A stretch of 64,000 nucleotides of DNA, taken from contig CM059432.1 in assembly GCA_030390025.1 (NCBI GenBank), positions 141,300,001-141,364,000 of the forward strand, given 5' to 3'. This stretch comes from Squalus acanthias (taxonomy: Eukaryota). Numbering within the stretch: the stretch's first letter is position 1; every line of letters begins with the position of its first letter. This document shows, piece by piece, positions 58,289 through 64,000 of the stretch. The position numbers were made by a program, and so were the translations under genes. The notes below the pieces were generated by a model. The model searched no databases, was not told where the DNA came from, and saw nothing but the letters and a program-made list of their open reading frames with translations.

Positions 58289-59319
58289 AGTGAGAAGTCG
58301 CACAACACCAGGTTATAGTCCAACAGATTTATTTAAAATTACAAGCTTTCGGAGCTGTCGCCCCTTCGTCAGGCAAAGTTACTGTGAGAGAATCTATCAG
58401 AATTCACAGAATATAAAAACACAGAGAAAATGCATAGATTAAATCTTTCCCTACATCAAAGACACACTAAGAGCACAGCCAAGACAATGAGATGTGTCCC
58501 AGGGGGTCCAACGCGTCAGAACACCTGCTGGCTGCATATCCTCTCCATTTTTTGTGTTTGTTTCTTGTGTTTTTTTTTAAAAACTGGAAAGACCGGCAAC
58601 GATGTCAAGTCACGTTCTATAGCGTGACATGAACCCGATATCCCGATTGAGGCCGTCCTCATGAGTGCGGAACTTGGCTATCAGTTTCTGCTCGATGATT
58701 TTGCGTTGTCGTGTATCACGAAGGCCGCCTTGGAGAACGCTAACCCGCAGATCCGAGGCTGAATGCCCTTGACTGCTGAAGTGTTCCCCGACTGGGAGGC
58801 AACCATCCTGCTTGGCGATTGTTGCGCGGTGTCCGTTCATACGTTGTCTCAGTGTCTGCATGGTCTCGCCGATGTACCATGCTCTGGGGCATCCTTTACT
58901 GCAACGTATCAGGTAGACAACGTTGGCCGAGTCACATGAGTATGTACCATGTACCTGGTGGGTAGTGTCCTCACGTGTGATGACGGTATCTGTGTTCATT
59001 ATCTGGCATGTCTTGCAGATGGAGAGGATATGCAGCCAGCAGGTGTTCTGACGCGTTGGACCCCCTGGGACACATCTCATTGTCTTGGCTGCGCTCTTAG
59101 TGTGTCTTTGATGTAGGGAAAGATTTAATCTATGCATTTTCTCTGTGTTTTTATATTCTGTGAATTCTGATAGATTCTCTCACAGTAACTTTGCCTGACG
59201 AAGGGGCGACAGCTCCGAAAGCTTGTAATTTTAAATAAATCTGTTGGACTATAACCTGGTGTTGTGCGACTTCTCATTTTTGTCCACCCCAGTCCAACGC
59301 CGGCATCTCCGCATCATGA
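58289..59319 (-). mobile_element. Penelope-like element, 5'-truncated, with inverted pLTRs and GIY-YIG endonuclease domain
   Basis: CKTC...NVVYLIRC...WYIGET...LRQRMNGH...HFSSQGH...EQKLI...GLN; ~258-bp inverted repeats (about 58291-58548 and 59019-59276); 3' tail extension; 12-bp TSD ctaaattttaag (58277-58288 and 59320-59331); inserted into a CR1 fragment. Confidence 0.92.
59191..59228 (+). ncRNA. Minimal type I hammerhead ribozyme motif in Penelope pLTR (mirror copy on minus strand at 58339-58376)
   Basis: ttgc-CTGACGA-a-ggggc gaca gctcc-GAAA-gctt-gtaa: CUGANGA and GAAA core, stem II hairpin, palindromic AAGCUU stem III, stem I ttgc/gtaa. Confidence 0.72.
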
Positions 59320-59880
59320 CTAAATTTTAAGGTTATGCCTCCCTTGTTCTGGACTCCCCCCCCCCACCAGGGGAAATAGTTTCTCTCCATCTACCCTATC
59401 CTTTAATCATCTTAAACACTTTCAATTAGATCAACCCTTAATCTTCTACACTCAAGGGAATACAAGCCCAGTCTATGCAACCTGTCCTCACAATTTAACC
59501 CTTTAAGCCCTGGTATCATTCTGGTGAATCTGTGCTGTACCCACTCCAAAGTGAGTATATCCTTCCTGAAGTGTGGTGCCCAGAACTGAACGCAGTATCC
59601 AGATGGGGTCTAACCAGAGCTCTGTTCAGCTGTAACATAACTTCCACCCCTTTATATTCCAGCCCCCTTTGAGATAAATGTTTTGCTTCATCTTTAATGT
59701 AATCATTTAGAGAAACATAATTTTAACTAAAACATTACAAATAAATATTATCTGCTATTTCGAAACCGGCATCACGCAAAGGTTTAAAGCAGGAAATTCC
59801 CTTGCACATCTCTCACTAAAGTCAATACTTGCTTACAACTGAATGGCGCCATCTTGTCTATTAACCAGTTAATGTTAAAA

Positions 59881-60077
59881 GTGAGAAGTCGCACACCAGG
59901 TTATAGTCCAACAGCTTTATTTGAAATCACAAGCTTTCAGAGCGCTGCTGACTTCACCTGACGAAGGAGCAGCGCTCCGAAAGCTTGTGATTTCAAATAA
60001 AGCTGTTGGACTATAACCTGGTGTTGTGCGACTTCTCACTTTTGTCCACCCCAGTCCAACACCGGCATCTCCGCATC
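59881..60077. mobile_element. Penelope pLTR mini-insertion (foldback); hammerhead motif at 59954-59990 (+)
   Basis: Inverted pLTR arms, tail ttttgtccaccccagtccaacaccggcatctcc, TSD aatgttaaaa; tcac-CTGACGA-a-ggagcagcgctcc-GAAA-gctt-gtga. Confidence 0.85.
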
Positions 60078-60129
60078 AATGTTAAAAGAGTAATCCTATC
60101 TGATGAAGAAACTCCACTTTTCCAATGTA

Positions 60130-60495
60130 CAGGAAACTCTCTTTTAACCGGCACCCAAATAACCGGAAATCTCTCTTAACCGGCAAAATTCTTGAGTAGG
60201 TAACCGGGGTTTTCCTTCATCTCTCCTTTAAAAATAACTTTTAAAAAAAAACCCCGAGGCGTTTGCCTTGTATCGGAGCGTGTAGATTGGGAGGGGAATG
60301 TGCAGCCCGGGTAGGCAGCGGACACGACAGATGGTCAGCTGGCGGTCCCCGGGGAGACGGAGCTCCGAATGCAGGCGCATGTCAGTGTGTACGGGGCTCT
60401 TGTATGTTGGGAGATATAACTCTCCGTTATCCGGACTTTTTGATTAACCGGCACCACGCCAGTCCCGTCGGTGCCGGTTAATAAAGAGTTTCCTG
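60130..60495. mobile_element. Tc1/mariner (Tigger-like) MITE
   Basis: TA TSD; TIRs caggaaactctcttttaaccggcac / gtgccggttaataaagagtttcctg. Confidence 0.8.
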
Positions 60496-62221
60496 TACTT
60501 GGGCTTTAGATTCAATCAATTGAAACTAATGTAAGAAAGTAGTTTACATGAAACAATTTCATAATGTCAGGATAGACGGAACAGGCTGGGGCTCTTTTCT
60601 CTAGAAAAGAGAAGGTGGAGGGGGTGACCTGACAGAGGACTTTAAGATTATGAAGGGGTTCGACAGGGTAGATGTAGAGAAGGTGTTTCCACTTGTGGTG
60701 GAGACAAAAACTAGGGCCAGAGGGAGGTTGTGGAGGGGGCTGGTGGGAGGGGGCACTCCAGCTTCCCCTAGGCTTTTTTTTCCCCCCCCGAGTGGCCTCG
60801 AGTGATCCCTTTAAGGATCCACTGGTTAGTCCGCTCAAAGCCCAGTACAACCAGGTAGAGCGTGCGTAGCGCAACCTCCGCCTGTTTGTACCTGAATTTC
60901 TCATTCGGGGTCCCACAGCCGCGGTTTCATTCTGCTGCGGGCTGACGGGAATCTAACTGAACGCAGTGGTTCACGCCAGAAGCCAGAAGGTGGTTAAATT
61001 CCCACCCTTCCCACCGCCGGACATACCCACCCAATCCACATCCTGGTATCAGCCCACATTAGCAATCTTGGGAATGTGATCTCTATCTAGCTTGAGTTTC
61101 TTCTTTCCAATGTTGAATGCTGAATATTAGTGCCTGGTACATAGAATTACATAGAATGTTCAGCACAGAAACAGGCCATTCGGCCCAACTGGTCCGTGCC
61201 GGTGTTTATGCTCCACACGAGTCTCCTCCTCCCACCCCTCTTTATCTCACCCTATCAGCATAACCTTCTATTCCTTTCTCCCTCATGTACTTATCTAGCT
61301 TCCCCTTAAATGAATCTATGCTATTTGCCTCAACTACTCCCTGTGGTAGCGAGTTCTACATTCTAACCATTCTCTGGGTGAAGAGGTTTCTCCTGCATTC
61401 CCTATTGTATTTATTAGTGACTACCTTATATTTATGGCCCCTAGTTTTGGACTCCCCACAAGTGGAAACACCTTCTCGACATCTACCCTATCAGCCCTCT
61501 TCATAGACCTCTGTCGGGTTACTCCCTCAGCCTTCTCTTTTCTAGAGAAAAGAGCCCCAGCCTGATCAGTCTTTCCCAACAGCACAAGATAATGAGCAGG
61601 AGTTAACTTCAGTTCAGTCCTTTTAGTTGAATAGAGTTTACTTAATACTTCATTCCAAGCCTCTACTTTCCTGGCGTACAATTATTATGCAGCGGGAACA
61701 CTCTGAATTGGAAAAGCATGTAGCAGCCTGTAAGTATCCTGCAATTGGGGTGAAAATCACTAACACAGCTGATATACAAGATGAAAAGGACAAAAGAAAA
61801 TGAAAAGGAGGAAAGGCATCAGGCGTGTTATCATAAAGATCAAGGGGAAAAAGCACCAGCGATTGATCTAACGTAATAAGCACAAGAACCACTGAGCCAG
61901 ATAGGATAGATCTGTGAACAGCTGCAATATGCAACAATAAACTATCTGAGTGGTGTAAAATAAGATTAAGCAAAAGTCTTAAATATGTTTTAAAAAGAAA
62001 AGACAAAAGGTTCCAACAAAAGTCAAACGATAAAAGCAGAACATAAAGTCCAGACAATACCGGAATTGCAGTAACATTCCGACTTTTAAGTGTGGTTAAG
62101 TGTTGTTCGTGCTGTGACTCCTGCCAAACAGGTCACCACAAGTTTCTTTCTTCATGTGACAGTATTCAAATTTTTTCAACATAAATCCTTACTCAAAGAT
62201 ATTCTCCTTTACTGTACCAGA

Positions 62222-62802
62222 TAGTATTCCCTTGAGTACAGAAGATTAAGGGGTGATCTAATTGAGGTCTTTAAGATGATTAAAGCATTCGATAGGGTAG
62301 ATTGAGAGAAATTATTTCCTCTGGTGGGGGAGTCAAGAACAAGGGAGCATAACCTTAAAATTAGAGCCAGGCCGTTCAGGGCTGATGACAGGAAGCAGTT
62401 CTTCACACAAAGGGTAGTGGAAATCTGGAACTCTCTCTTCCCCAAAAAGCTGTCGAGGCTCGGGGTCAATTGGAAAATTCAAATCTAAGATTGATAGATT
62501 TTTGTTAGGCAAGGGCATTAAGGGTTACGGAACCAAGGCAGGTAGATGGAGTTAAGATACAGATCAGCCAGGATCTAATTGATTGGCGGAACAGGCTCGA
62601 GGGGCTGAATGGCCTCCTCCTGTTCCTGTGTACCACGTCTCCAGAAACAATCTTCTTTGGTGCCTGGTTGTATCACAGAAGCATTGTGTTATATATACCC
62701 AGGGAGTCAGTCAATGAGGACTGTGTTAGCAAAGCACACTGATGGGGAGGGTACCAAAATTCCTGTCCAGACCATGCCAGAAGCAAACATTGTTACCCCT
62801 TA
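62222..62802 (+). mobile_element. CR1 3' fragment with shared ~170-bp 3' extension
   Basis: Homolog of 12018-12640 in opposite orientation. Confidence 0.75.
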
Positions 62803-62804
62803 AA

Positions 62805-63275
62805 AAAAAAATTGCATTTATATAGCGCCTTTCATAACCTCAGGATACCCCAAAGCACTTTACAGCCAATGAAGTACTTTTGAAATGTAATCACTGTTGT
62901 AATGTAGGAAACTCGATAGCCAAATTGCACACAGCAAGCTCCCATAAACAGCAATGTAATAATGACCAGATAATCTGTTTTTGTTATGTCGATTGAGGGA
63001 TAAATATTGACCAGGACACTGAGGATAATTCCCCTGCTCTTCTTTGAAATAGTGCCTTCTTCGAAATAGTGGATCTTTTACGTCCACCTGAGAGAGCAGA
63101 CAGGGCCTCGGTTTAACATCTCAATCCGAAAGACGGCACCTCCGACAGTGCAGCACTCCCTCAGCACTGCACTGGGAGTGTCAGCCTAGATTTTTGTGCT
63201 CAAGTCTCTGGAGTGGGACTTGAACCTCACAACCTTCTGACTCAGAGACGAGAGTGCTACCAACTGAGCCACAGG
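62805..63275 (-). mobile_element. Deu-SINE (partial copies also near 11340-11485, 51445-51665, 63570-63750)
   Basis: Full family match. Confidence 0.85.
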
Positions 63276-64000
63276 GCCCATAGATTTAAACACAAGTGTT
63301 ATAAATAGAATATTTTATGGAGATCTGTATGGTTTTTAATTCTGCTGGTAGGACTGGCTATAACTCATTTTTAGGAATATAATTTACATTAGGATACACA
63401 GAGGTTTATGTACTTATACCATTGAGTGGTCTCTACATTGTCAACAAAGTTAACTGTGTTTACTTTTCTGTCTGATCATTAGAATTATTACAATATTGTC
63501 TGTGTTAAGACTTCTTAATAAAGTTAAATTATATAATTCAGTAAGCAATCTAGAGACTATACAATTTATATAGATTATCTGGTCATTTATCTCATTGCTG
63601 TTTGTGGGAGCTTGCTGTGCGCAGATTGGTTGCCGCGTTTCCTACATTACAACAGTGACTCCACTTCAAAAAGTACTTCATTGTCTGTAAAGAGCTTTGC
63701 AACGTTCTGAGGTCGTGAAAGGCGCTACAGAAATGCAAGTCTTTCTGTCTTTTCTTTTTTTATATACACTATACAATCTCTATAGACAAGCTATATAGAC
63801 TATGCAATCTCTACAGACTATACATAGGCTGGGATGTGTTGTAAACAGTAACACATGAAGGGTTTGAAATCCGTATCTTTTAATCCAAAGATGTGCCTTT
63901 GGAGCACATGCATGCGTTATTCATCCTAACATATGCTAATGGAGTTTTGAGGGCAAGCGGTGAACAGATTTTCTCTGCTCACTGAAGGTTGTAAGGTTGA

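Overview
Eukaryotic genomic DNA, almost certainly from a cartilaginous fish (shark), judged from its repeats: Deu-domain SacSINE1-type SINEs, HE1/V-SINEs, HER1/CR1 and L2 LINEs, and Penelope-like elements. The window holds 11 consecutive internal coding exons of collagen XIV alpha-1 (COL14A1) on the minus strand (39151 to 1506). They encode the first vWA domain and about 3.5 FN3 repeats; the 5' and 3' exons lie outside the window or were not recognisable. The rest is intronic and dense with transposable elements, and nearly all supplied ORFs are repeat-derived or spurious. Notable observations: a +1 frameshift with premature stop in one COL14A1 exon; a 15-nt duplication creating two identical in-frame splice donors; two splice acceptors apparently built from retroelement sequence; young Penelope insertions with inverted pLTRs, target-site duplications (TSDs), minimal hammerhead-ribozyme motifs and an uninterrupted GIY-YIG endonuclease domain; an L2-mediated templated insertion; LINE and SINE copies sharing unusual 3' extensions; a histone H2B pseudogene; a near-intact CR1 ORF2; and a decayed ingi/Vingi-like RT. 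Exon numbers are inferred from recalled human COL14A1 structure. Repeat family names come from recognition, not from database searches, and many repeat boundaries are approximate.
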